Below are positions 1-9,156 of a stretch of 45,457 nt of DNA, piece after piece. The position numbers were made by a program, and so were the translations under genes. The notes under the pieces are model-generated. The model was not told the DNA's origin. It saw only the letters and a list, made by a program, of their open reading frames with translations, and searched no databases. How positions within the stretch are numbered: position 1 is the stretch's first letter; every line of letters starts with the position of its first letter. Source of the stretch: a virus (Duplodnaviria; Heunggongvirae; Uroviricota; Caudoviricetes); the IMG/VR virus record IMGVR_UViG_3300032322_002674, positions 1-45,457 of that record; one strand, 5' to 3'.

Positions 1-2435
1 ATTATGGTTTCTTCTTTTTCCTTATCAACACTTACAGTTAATATATCACCTTCTTCTAAAGAACCATCCAATAATTTATTTGCAATTGAATCTTCAATAT
101 ATTTTTGAATTGCCCTGTTTAAAGGTCTTGCCCCCATTTTAGAATCATATCCTTTTTCTATTAAAAATTCTTTCATTTCTGTTGAAATTTCTATACCATA
201 ACCCATATCATTTACACGTTTTGTCAAATCTTGTAGGGGTATATTAACAATTTTTAATAAAGATTCTTTATCCAAAGATTTAAAATAAACAACTTCATCC
301 AAACGATTTAAGAATTCAGGTGAAAATTTCTTTTTAAGTTCTTTTTCAAGAACATATTTTGTATCTTCATCTTCATTTCTGTTTGATGTTTTAAATCCAA
401 CACCACCACCAAAATCATTTAATGTTCTAACCCCAACATTTGAAGTCATAATAATTAAGGTGTTTTTGAAGTCTATTTTTCTTCCTGTTGAATCTGTTAA
501 ATGTCCTTCATCAAACATTGGTAAGAAAATATTATATATGTCTTGGTGTGCCTTTTCAATTTCATCCAAAAGAATTACTGAATAAGGTTTTCTTCTAACT
601 TTTTCGGTTAATTCACCACCCTCATTATAACCAACATATCCTGGAGGAGCACCAACCAAACGAGAAACATTAAATTTTTCTCCGTATTCACTCATATCCA
701 TTCTGATAACATTTTCATCTGAACCAAACATTTCTTTTGCAACTTGTTTTGCCAATTCAGTTTTACCCACTCCACTCGGTCCTACGAATAAAAATACTCC
801 TATTGGTCTGTTATGTTTACGAATACCTGATTTATTACGTTTAATTGCAGATACCACTTTTTTCACTGCCTCATCTTGACCGATTACATTAGACTGAATT
901 GTTTCATCTAATGTTAACAATTTTTTATTTTCATTTTCAGTCATTTTTTGTACAGGAATATTTGTTATTGAAGAAATAACTTCATAAACATTATCTTCGG
1001 TAACTTCAATACGAAGTTTGTCTAATCTTTCTTCATACTTTTTTTGTTCTAACTCAAGTGAATCTCTTAATTTTTTCTCCTTATCACGAATTTTTCCTGC
1101 ATCTTCATAATTTTGATTTTTCACTGCGGTTTGTTTCTCTTTAACCACTATTTCTATTTCTTTTTCTAAATTTTTAATTTTTTCAGGAGTTACTTGAGTC
1201 ATTTTTAATCTTGACCCAATTTCATCCATAATATCAAAAGATTTATCAGGTTGAAATCTATCAGTAATATATCTTGATGATAATTGAACAATTTTTTCAA
1301 CAACTTCTTCTGAATAAGTTACTTTATGGAAATTTTCATAAGTAAATTTTGCTTGATTAAGAATTTTTATAGTGTCCTCATGATTTGGTTCATTTAACTG
1401 TACCATTTGGAATCTACGTTTCAATGCCCCATCTTTTTCAATTGTACGGAATTCTTCTAAAGTTGTTGCCCCAATGATTTGTATATCACCATTTGCTAAT
1501 TTTGGTTTTAGAATATTGGCAGCATCTAAACTACCTGCTGCAGAACCAGCACCAACAATAGTATGTAATTCATCAATGAATAGAATAACATCAGAATTTT
1601 TTTCTAATTCATCAAGAATTGCCTTAATACGTTCTTCAAATTGTCCACGATATTTAGTACCTGCTATTAAAGAATTCAGGTCTAACATATAAAGTGTTTT
1701 ATTTAAAAGTGGTTTAGGCGCAGTTTTATTGACAATTTTCATACCAATCCCAAACACTAATTGAGTTTTACCTGTACCTGGTTCTCCAACGATTACTGGA
1801 TTATTTTTCTTTTTTCTACCTAAAATCTGACAAACTCTATCAATATCAACATCACGACCAATTACTGGGTCAACTTTACCTTCTTCAACCCTTTTATTAA
1901 TATTCACACCAAAAGAATCTAATACAGGTGTTTTAGATTTAGTATTTTTGGTTGGTCTTTCTTTTTTATCATCTTCTTCATCACCTTCTGTTGCACCACC
2001 CATTTGTGATACTACTGTTTTGTATTTGGTTTCGATTTCTGTGAAAGTTTCTTTTGTCATGTTGTGGTTTTTTAAAATTTTATAAATATTGTTGTTTTTA
2101 TGAATTAAAGATGCAAATAAAACATCAGTTGTTGTGTAAGTATCTTTTGACTTTTTATATTCATATTCAGATGCAATGTTGAAAATTTCATCTAATTCTT
2201 TAGATACTCTTAATTTTTTAGAATTATTATTTAAAGAAAAAGTTTTTTCTAAACTAACTAAAAGATTATCTAAAATACCTTTATCTTTTATATAATTTAC
2301 AAAAGAACAATCTTCATCATTTATAATCAAAGAATATAAAAAATGTTCAGGTTTAACTTCATAGTCACCCAATTCTAATGCCTTTTTATGTGATAAATTA
2401 AGAATTTTTGTAACTTTACTTGTAGGTTTTCTCAT
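1..2435 (-). CDS. clpC: ATP-dependent Clp protease ATPase subunit (ClpC/ClpB family); 3' end runs off the window
   Basis: Absent from the ORF track; read manually from ATG at 2435 (MRKPTSKVTKILNLSHKKALELGDYEVKPEHFL, Clp-N like). Contains LDPVIGRD, Walker A GEPGTGKT, FIDELH, a UVR-type coil (AVKNQNYEDAGKIRDKE), second Walker A GPSGVGKT, LVGAPPGYVGY, and a VGF ClpP-docking loop, which favours ClpC over ClpB. Confidence 0.93.
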   Translation of the reverse strand, partial: MRKPTSKVTKILNLSHKKALELGDYEVKPEHFLYSLIINDEDCSFVNYIKDKGILDNLLVSLEKTFSLNNNSKKLRVSKELDEIFNIASEYEYKKSKDTYTTTDVLFASLIHKNNNIYKILKNHNMTKETFTEIETKYKTVVSQMGGATEGDEEDDKKERPTKNTKSKTPVLDSFGVNINKRVEEGKVDPVIGRDVDIDRVCQILGRKKKNNPVIVGEPGTGKTQLVFGIGMKIVNKTAPKPLLNKTLYMLDLNSLIAGTKYRGQFEERIKAILDELEKNSDVILFIDELHTIVGAGSAAGSLDAANILKPKLANGDIQIIGATTLEEFRTIEKDGALKRRFQMVQLNEPNHEDTIKILNQAKFTYENFHKVTYSEEVVEKIVQLSSRYITDRFQPDKSFDIMDEIGSRLKMTQVTPEKIKNLEKEIEIVVKEKQTAVKNQNYEDAGKIRDKEKKLRDSLELEQKKYEERLDKLRIEVTEDNVYEVISSITNIPVQKMTENENKKLLTLDETIQSNVIGQDEAVKKVVSAIKRNKSGIRKHNRPIGVFLFVGPSGVGKTELAKQVAKEMFGSDENVIRMDMSEYGEKFNVSRLVGAPPGYVGYNEGGELTEKVRRKPYSVILLDEIEKAHQDIYNIFLPMFDEGHLTDSTGRKIDFKNTLIIMTSNVGVRTLNDFGGGVGFKTSNRNEDEDTKYVLEKELKKKFSPEFLNRLDEVVYFKSLDKESLLKIVNIPLQDLTKRVNDMGYGIEISTEMKEFLIEKGYDSKMGARPLNRAIQKYIEDSIANKLLDGSLEEGDILTVSVDKEKEETI

Positions 2436-2478
2436 AATGTAAATTTAATGATTTTTTTCAATTTTTTAAAATGCAAAT

Positions 2479-4242
2479 TTAATCAACTGTGGTTGTTAAA
2501 TTTTTATTGAAATTAATTGGGTATTGTCCAGTTCTTAAAAAAGTAATTTCTTTTTCAAAATTCAAATAATCTTCTTCTTTTAATATTATTGATTTTAAAA
2601 AGTCTGGACTAAAAGTTAATTCTAAAAATTCTTTAATATTGCAAGACTTTCTTGATGTTGTTATATAAGGGTCTTGGATTTGTAATACAGTTCCTTTTGA
2701 TTCTTCAAAAGTTTTTATTTTTAAGTAAGAAAGGTTGGTAGTACCTTGTTTTTTAGAATATGCAATATAATCATTATAGTTTTCATTTAAGAATTCTTTA
2801 GGATAACCAATTCGATTACCAACTAATAACATATTAACTATTTTAACAGAATCATTATCAACAGTTTCTTTATATTTATCAAGATTTTTTAATAAATCTT
2901 CTTTAATATTTAATTTTACTACATCTTCACCTAAAAATTTACCATCTATTTTTGATTCAGTTTTTTTAGTTTTATATTTATCACATTTAGTACAATTAAA
3001 ACCTTCTTCAAATGGTTTTAATTTACACTCGTTACACTTAAAACTACTTTTAAACTGTTCTAATGAATTAGGTTTATCACCAAATAAATGTTCATATTTA
3101 AACTTATCATCATGAAAATAAGTGTTATTACCCAATAAATTTATTATATCCTTAAATAAACCTATTGTATTAAAAACTTCACTTATTTGAATTACTTCTT
3201 CTTTGGTATGTGGTTTATGATAACCACAACTTGCATTTAACATTAAAACATTAACACCTTCCCTTTTTAGAGCAACAACATCAGTTTTACTACCAACAGT
3301 TGTTTTATATCCCCACTTTTGAAAAGTAGGTGTTAAAAGTAATTCTTGTTCATCATTAAATAATTCAGTATAATCACCATAACGAACAATATCTTCATTA
3401 CCTTTTCTGTCTGCTTGTAATATATAACCTACATTTGAAAAGAAGTCTTTTGTACAAGTATATGAACCTATTTGTCCAATTTCTTCGTTATGGAAAAGAG
3501 CAATTTTAACTTGTGGTAATTCCAATAATAATTGAAGTGCCACAAATATACCAACTTTATCATCACCACCAGTTCCATATTGTTCTATTTTAGAACCATC
3601 AATTGCAAATAATGTATCACCAATGTGATATACTTTATATTTTTCAATTATTTTATGAACAGTATCTTTATGTGCAACAATACAAGGATAAACTTTTGAT
3701 TTACCTTTTGTTATAAAGAAATTTTTATTACCATATTCATCTTTTTCTATGTAATAGGTTATTCCTTTTAACCCCCTTATGAAATCAGTAATATATTTAT
3801 CCATCATACCTTCTTCACCAGAATGATAGGATTGAATAGAAACAATTTTTTTCAAACGTTCTAATTGATTTCTATTTACTTTAACTTCTTTTGATTTTTT
3901 AACTGAACTAACCATTTTTTTATATTTATTTGAGAATTTTTCCATATCTTTATCAATAAAAGAAAATTCATAAGGATTAACTAAATTTTTCAATAATTTA
4001 TTAATCTTTAATGAACATCTTGATTTTGATTTCCATGAATCAGTATCATTTTTAATATTTTTTAAATGTATTAATGAAACTTCATCAGGATTTATACCAA
4101 AATCCAAATAATTACCGTGATTTTTTATAAAATCATAATTATGGGGATTATCTAATATGTCAATAATTTTTTTAGATATATTACAACCTTGTAAGGAAAG
4201 GGAGTAAATTACATTAAAAAAATCTTTTGTTTTTAAAATCAT
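2479..4242 (-). CDS. M20/M28-clan zinc peptidase with flanking accessory domains and a CxxC..CxxC zinc ribbon
   Basis: Metal-ligand motifs AHKDTVH, GGDDKVG, EEIG, QADR, YHKPHT; CNEC...CTKC after the catalytic domain. Confidence 0.8.
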   Translation of the reverse strand: MILKTKDFFNVIYSLSLQGCNISKKIIDILDNPHNYDFIKNHGNYLDFGINPDEVSLIHLKNIKNDTDSWKSKSRCSLKINKLLKNLVNPYEFSFIDKDMEKFSNKYKKMVSSVKKSKEVKVNRNQLERLKKIVSIQSYHSGEEGMMDKYITDFIRGLKGITYYIEKDEYGNKNFFITKGKSKVYPCIVAHKDTVHKIIEKYKVYHIGDTLFAIDGSKIEQYGTGGDDKVGIFVALQLLLELPQVKIALFHNEEIGQIGSYTCTKDFFSNVGYILQADRKGNEDIVRYGDYTELFNDEQELLLTPTFQKWGYKTTVGSKTDVVALKREGVNVLMLNASCGYHKPHTKEEVIQISEVFNTIGLFKDIINLLGNNTYFHDDKFKYEHLFGDKPNSLEQFKSSFKCNECKLKPFEEGFNCTKCDKYKTKKTESKIDGKFLGEDVVKLNIKEDLLKNLDKYKETVDNDSVKIVNMLLVGNRIGYPKEFLNENYNDYIAYSKKQGTTNLSYLKIKTFEESKGTVLQIQDPYITTSRKSCNIKEFLELTFSPDFLKSIILKEEDYLNFEKEITFLRTGQYPINFNKNLTTTVD

Positions 4243-4246
4243 ACTA

Positions 4247-4254
4247 CAAAAGTA
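4247..4254 (-). promoter_or_regulatory. Bacteroidota-type -7 promoter box (TACTTTTG), 4 nt upstream of the peptidase ATG
   Basis: Exact TAnnTTTG; TTG about 20 nt further upstream. Confidence 0.65.
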
Positions 4255-4284
4255 AATAAAAAATCCAAATAAAACAACTGCAAA

Positions 4285-4515
4285 TTAATCAAAACAACCT
4301 GGTGATATTTTTAATTTATTACCAAAATGATTTATTACAGTACCATAAGGAAAGAATTTCATAATTATAAATCCATCTTCTTTTAATTTGGTTTGAGATT
4401 CATTATATGTAATATCTTCAACTTTAATTTTTTCAGTTTTATATTTTTCTTGTTTAATAAAAAAACATATTCCCTTTTTATCTATTTTATTTTCCTCGTA
4501 AGTTAAATCTCTCAT
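4285..4515 (-). CDS. hypothetical protein
   Basis: 76-aa ORF tightly packed in a minus-strand operon. Confidence 0.6.
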   Translation of the reverse strand: MRDLTYEENKIDKKGICFFIKQEKYKTEKIKVEDITYNESQTKLKEDGFIIMKFFPYGTVINHFGNKLKISPGCFD

Positions 4516-4516
4516 A

Positions 4517-4939
4517 TTATTTAAATTTATAAAATAAAAAATCTTTAGATGATGAAAAATATTTTTCTAATATTCTACTTATTTTTTGAGTTGTTTCCAC
4601 CCAAAATTTATCTTTTATGTGTTTCTTATTTTTAACATAAAAAACCAATTCCAAAGAAAAATAAGTTTTTTTATCTTTTTTTAAACCTGATTCAGGAAAT
4701 TCAAAATTTAAGATAAAATTCTTATTAAAATTACTGTCTTTTTCAATACGTTTATAAATTCTTTTTTTTAGTTCACCCTCAAAGAATCTTATTTTTTTTC
4801 TACTTTCTAAAATATCTTCATAAATTGGTAAACCCCACCCGCAAATGGTGATGTAAAAACTTTCAGGATTATTTATAGTCGTAAATCCCCACTTAACTCT
4901 AAAGAAATTATTTTCGAGTTCGTATTCCTTTCCCTTCAT
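4517..4939 (-). CDS. hypothetical phage protein
   Basis: 140-aa ORF with typical composition, operonic. Confidence 0.7.
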   Translation of the reverse strand: MKGKEYELENNFFRVKWGFTTINNPESFYITICGWGLPIYEDILESRKKIRFFEGELKKRIYKRIEKDSNFNKNFILNFEFPESGLKKDKKTYFSLELVFYVKNKKHIKDKFWVETTQKISRILEKYFSSSKDFLFYKFK

Positions 4940-4982
4940 TTTATAGTTATTTTTTAAAATTTAACAAAATATTTTTAATAAA

Positions 4983-5294
4983 TCAAGTAAGTTCTTTTTT
5001 TATTAAATGCAAAATACTTATCCATTGTTTTTCGGTTTGTGGATTAAAATTTTCTTTTATATAAGGAAAAAATTTATTGTAATCATTAAAATTAATATAT
5101 TCAGAATTTATCAACCAATAATAATATTCTTCTATTAATTTTTTTTGGGTTTGTTTTGGTAGATTTTTTGGTTCTATGTAAGAATCTTTTGTGGATAAAA
5201 ATTTTGTAAAAGATTCATCAGATGTTTCTAAAAAAGAAATTCCGTATGCAAATGCAAAAATAAGTAATACTATTAATATAGGAAAAAAATCCAT
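4983..5294 (-). CDS. hypothetical protein with N-terminal membrane anchor
   Basis: Hydrophobic N-terminus (FFPILIVLLIFAFAYGISF); abuts the methylase stop codon. Confidence 0.65.
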   Translation of the reverse strand: MDFFPILIVLLIFAFAYGISFLETSDESFTKFLSTKDSYIEPKNLPKQTQKKLIEEYYYWLINSEYINFNDYNKFFPYIKENFNPQTEKQWISILHLIKKELT

Positions 5295-6104
5295 TTAATA
5301 ATTTTTTATCAATAGTTCTATTGATTTTGTTTGTTTTAGATTTTGTCTTGCCATACTTGGTTTAACAAACTCTTTATTTAAATAAATCCATTTATCAGGG
5401 TTATATATATTGTTAATACCTTCAAAATCATAGTAAGATACAGAAACTTTATTATTTAATGAATCCAAAACCTTACCCAATCTTAGATGGTCATCATAAT
5501 TAAAAGATTGATTTGAATAATAATCTTCCAATTTAAAATATGGTGCATCTATATAAAAATATGATTCAGGATATTTTTTTATTACTTCTTCAAAATCTAA
5601 ACATTCAATATTTGTTATTTTATCAATTTTATTAACCCATTCAGGTTTTATTAGTCTTTCTTTAAAAGTTAAAAATTTTGATTTATATTTACCTTTTAAA
5701 TCAACAAATTTACTTGTTTCAGGTTTAGTACCAGAAAAAACTTGTGTAACAACATATATATAATTTAATCCAATTTCAAAATCAGGTTTTTCGGGATTAT
5801 ATTTAAAATCACTATTAAAACAATTTTTCTGATAAAAATCAAATCTTTCCTTTTCTTGTGCAGGAATGTCTTTAATATGATTATAAAATTCTTCGTGATG
5901 TTTTATACATAAAAACAAATTTGCATTTAATGGATTAATATCATTATAAACAACTTCATTTAAATTATTCAATTGTTCGGTAGTTAAATTAAAATATACC
6001 CAAAATGCACCACCAAAAGGTTCACAATAAGAATTAATATCGTTTGGTATATATTCTTTAATCCATTTACCTATTCTACTTTTACCTCCAATCCAAGAAA
6101 ACAT
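5295..6104 (-). CDS. DNA adenine methyltransferase (Dam/D12-class N6)
   Basis: WIGGKS, EPFGGA (motif I), YNDIN, DFEEVI, catalytic motif variant DAPY, terminal ELLIKNY. Confidence 0.88.
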   Translation of the reverse strand: MFSWIGGKSRIGKWIKEYIPNDINSYCEPFGGAFWVYFNLTTEQLNNLNEVVYNDINPLNANLFLCIKHHEEFYNHIKDIPAQEKERFDFYQKNCFNSDFKYNPEKPDFEIGLNYIYVVTQVFSGTKPETSKFVDLKGKYKSKFLTFKERLIKPEWVNKIDKITNIECLDFEEVIKKYPESYFYIDAPYFKLEDYYSNQSFNYDDHLRLGKVLDSLNNKVSVSYYDFEGINNIYNPDKWIYLNKEFVKPSMARQNLKQTKSIELLIKNY

Positions 6105-6166
6105 ATTAAAATTTTCTTAGAAAGATAATGGATTTTATTTAAAAGTAAATTTAATCATAAATAATA

Positions 6167-6928
6167 TTACCAAATCGAATTATCTTCAAATAAAATTACA
6201 TGGTTTATTTGATTATTAAACGGTAATTCAACTGTACCATAAACTTCTACAAGAATATCAGAATAAATTCCAAAATTAGGGTCTATACCCAAATTTTCAA
6301 TCATTTCAACAGTATTTAAATTAACTATTCTGTCACCCTTCACAGAATAAAAAGTTCTTTCTTCATTGAAGTTTCTTACAGTTCCTATGTTTACTTGTTC
6401 ATGCAACATCCAAACAATAGATTTTTTAATCTTTGATTGAACTTCATTTTCATCATCCAACCTATTTAAGTTATCAATAAAGATATTTCTAAATTCAAAA
6501 CCTTCTTCAATACTTACAATATTATTAATTAAAATATTTTGATATTGATTTAAATCAATATTATCAATATTATAATCTTCAAGTATGTTTCTTCTTAAAC
6601 GTTCTGCAACCCCACCACCATACATTAAATTAACTGGTTGTTGTCTTTGAATTTCCTCAAAAATAATCATGTTATGTTCGTTCAAATGGGTTCTAATGGA
6701 TTTCAAAAGAAGTTTAACATTCTCTTCTGGAATATCCATTAATTTTATTGCCTTTTTGGAATTTTCATTTAATGTTATGGATAATTTATTTTCATTATTA
6801 ATTGTTGCATTAACAACAATATAATCATAATCATTAAACCCTAAATCCCCCAAATTGAATGTTTTAAATAAAACATCTTCATTATTTTCTCTTGGGAACG
6901 ATATATATCTTTTATCTTTAAAAATCAT
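6167..6928 (-). CDS. hypothetical protein
   Basis: 253-aa ORF, no recognised motif. Confidence 0.7.
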   Translation of the reverse strand: MIFKDKRYISFPRENNEDVLFKTFNLGDLGFNDYDYIVVNATINNENKLSITLNENSKKAIKLMDIPEENVKLLLKSIRTHLNEHNMIIFEEIQRQQPVNLMYGGGVAERLRRNILEDYNIDNIDLNQYQNILINNIVSIEEGFEFRNIFIDNLNRLDDENEVQSKIKKSIVWMLHEQVNIGTVRNFNEERTFYSVKGDRIVNLNTVEMIENLGIDPNFGIYSDILVEVYGTVELPFNNQINHVILFEDNSIW

Positions 6929-6934
6929 AATATT

Positions 6935-7261
6935 TTAAATTTTTGGTAAAAAATTATTTATTTGGTTATTAAAATGGTCAACAAACATATTTTTTAAATT
7001 TTCATATTCCTTTGGTGATAATTCAATACTATTAATGGATTGCAAGTTTTTTTGTGTCCAAACATCTATGTAAGGATAATAAAAACTTATGAAATGTTTT
7101 CTTAGGTCATGATTATACTCAACGAAAAGTTCAAAACTTTTTACATCATTATTTTCTTCGTAAATAAAAGTAAATGAAAAATTATTTTCATTTATTCTTA
7201 AATTGTGGATACTTGTTTTTGGTAAAAAATTGTGGAATAGTTGAATTAATTTTTCTTTCAT
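6935..7261 (-). CDS. hypothetical protein
   Basis: 108-aa operonic ORF. Confidence 0.65.
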   Translation of the reverse strand: MKEKLIQLFHNFLPKTSIHNLRINENNFSFTFIYEENNDVKSFELFVEYNHDLRKHFISFYYPYIDVWTQKNLQSINSIELSPKEYENLKNMFVDHFNNQINNFLPKI

Positions 7262-7271
7262 ATAGTTTATT

Positions 7272-8252
7272 TTAATTAGTTAATAAAATTTTAGATTTTT
7301 TGTGTGCCACTTGATTAAATAAATCATCTCGATTAAAAGTGTCTAAATAAGGATATTTTATATTATTAAGGTTATTGATTGTTGTTTTTAATTTCAAATA
7401 TTCAACAATTCTTGTACCATTCCAATATCTGTTTATGTAATGAAGTTTTACAATAAAACCATTTAAAAAACCAATCAAATACATTAATTTTTCGATTTCC
7501 TCATTTAAATAATAACATCTATCCATAAAAATTTGACCGTTATCTAATCTCCAAAGTAATGCTCGACCTTTTAATTTACCATTTTCAGTTACAATTAACA
7601 TATTAACTTTTTCATGATTATGTTCATACAATTTTGGTGAATAACCTTGTTTTGAATTTCTCATGCAAGATTTACCTAAAACTGTTTTGGGACCATCATA
7701 GAAAAAATTGTCTTTATGATAATTTTTTTCTGAATACCAAAAGGTTATTTCTTCACCTGAAACAACCTTAATATCATAATTAATCTTAGATATATTTAAA
7801 AGGTTTTTGAAATTCGTAATAAAATTCTGTATTAAAACATCATCCTTAACAAAACTACATAATTTAGATATTTTTATTTTATTCCATTTTGATTTGTCAC
7901 TATGACTACCAAAGATTTCATTATCTTCAATTTTGATATATTTAAAAACACCTAAATTTAATTTATTTAAATAATAATCATTAACAATTTTTTTACTTAC
8001 TTGACAGTTATTTGTAACAGATAAAAATGTCAAATATTTAAGTGTTTTATCACACAATGAAGTTTTATTATTTAAACCCAATTCTATTTGAGAATCTTTA
8101 AAAACACCTTTGAAAGAAAAATTATTTAAAAGATTATATAAATCTAAATTTAAATTAATTTTTTCAAAGGTTTCTTTAACTTCTTTTTTAAAAGAAAGTT
8201 TTTTAAAAGAAAATGGGAAAATAAAATCAGTAAATTGTACAAATAATGACAT
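7272..8252 (-). CDS. phage protein of the SCM/GRALLW/DRxY/PYLD family (possibly PcfJ/GNAT-like)
   Basis: Motifs KSCMR, KGRALLW, FMDRCY, YPYLDTF; paralogs at 9157-10062 and 44322-45164. Confidence 0.6.
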   Translation of the reverse strand: MSLFVQFTDFIFPFSFKKLSFKKEVKETFEKINLNLDLYNLLNNFSFKGVFKDSQIELGLNNKTSLCDKTLKYLTFLSVTNNCQVSKKIVNDYYLNKLNLGVFKYIKIEDNEIFGSHSDKSKWNKIKISKLCSFVKDDVLIQNFITNFKNLLNISKINYDIKVVSGEEITFWYSEKNYHKDNFFYDGPKTVLGKSCMRNSKQGYSPKLYEHNHEKVNMLIVTENGKLKGRALLWRLDNGQIFMDRCYYLNEEIEKLMYLIGFLNGFIVKLHYINRYWNGTRIVEYLKLKTTINNLNNIKYPYLDTFNRDDLFNQVAHKKSKILLTN

Positions 8253-8256
8253 TAAC

Positions 8257-8916
8257 TTATTTTTTAAGGATTAATCCATCAACTAAACCGTATTCTACTG
8301 CCTCTTGACCTGTAAACCACTTATCACCGTTATTACAATCTTCTGCGATTTGTTCATAAGATTTACCTGTATTAATAGATAAAATATCATAAAGTTCTTT
8401 ACGTAACTTTTTCATTTCTTCCATTTGGATTTCCATATCAGTTGCCTTTCCCTGAGTTCCACCTAAAGGTTGGTGTATCATTGTTCTACTGTGTTTTAAA
8501 GAGAATCTTTTACCTTTTTGTCCTGATGATAATAAAACTGCACCCATTGATGCAGACATACCAACATTAATTGTTTGTACATCTGGTGAAATCCAATTCA
8601 TTGTATCATATATTGCCAATCCTGCTTGAACAGAACCACCAGGAGAATTAATATACATTATTATATCTTTTTTATGGTCTAAATTTTCAAGAAATAATAA
8701 TTGAGCAATTATTACATTTGCTGCTGTATCTGTTACAGGACCTCCAAAGAAAATTGTTCTATCCATCATTAATCTGTCAAAAACAGACATGATTGCAAAT
8801 CTTTTTTCTCTTTCTTCAACAATGTGTGGTGTCATCATTGAAATTTCTGAATTAATTTCTTTTTCATTCAATCCCAAGTCTTTTGAGAATTTTGTGAATT
8901 CATTTGTAAAGTTCAT
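8257..8916 (-). CDS. clpP: ATP-dependent Clp protease proteolytic subunit
   Basis: IIAQLLFLE, YINSPGGSV, AGLAIYDTM, SASMG (catalytic Ser), MIHQP (His). Confidence 0.97.
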   Translation of the reverse strand: MNFTNEFTKFSKDLGLNEKEINSEISMMTPHIVEEREKRFAIMSVFDRLMMDRTIFFGGPVTDTAANVIIAQLLFLENLDHKKDIIMYINSPGGSVQAGLAIYDTMNWISPDVQTINVGMSASMGAVLLSSGQKGKRFSLKHSRTMIHQPLGGTQGKATDMEIQMEEMKKLRKELYDILSINTGKSYEQIAEDCNNGDKWFTGQEAVEYGLVDGLILKK

Positions 8917-8938
8917 ATTGTTTGTTTTTTTTATTTTA

Positions 8939-9109
8939 TTAAATTTTATTCCAACCCATTTCTATTAAAGAATTTGCTATACATGGATTTGTTTCATAAA
9001 CAAAATCATCTCCATGAGGTGATATTACCCTTACTGCTATTTGGATACAAATTACACCCCTATTTTGTTCTAATGCAAGATTAATATCTCTTTGTGTGTT
9101 TTGATTCAT
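8939..9109 (-). CDS. small hypothetical protein (56 aa)
   Basis: Manually read MNQNTQRDINLALEQNRGVICIQIAVRVISPHGDDFVYETNPCIANSLIEMGWNKI; its start region is identical over 20 bp to that of clpP. Confidence 0.6.
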   Translation of the reverse strand: MNQNTQRDINLALEQNRGVICIQIAVRVISPHGDDFVYETNPCIANSLIEMGWNKI

Positions 9110-9156
9110 ATTGTTTGTTTTTTTAAAAATTTAAAGAAAAAAAATTGGATAATCAA

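Noticed and set aside
1474-1692. 72-aa plus-strand ORF in the track
   Set aside because: Antisense shadow of clpC (1-2435, minus).
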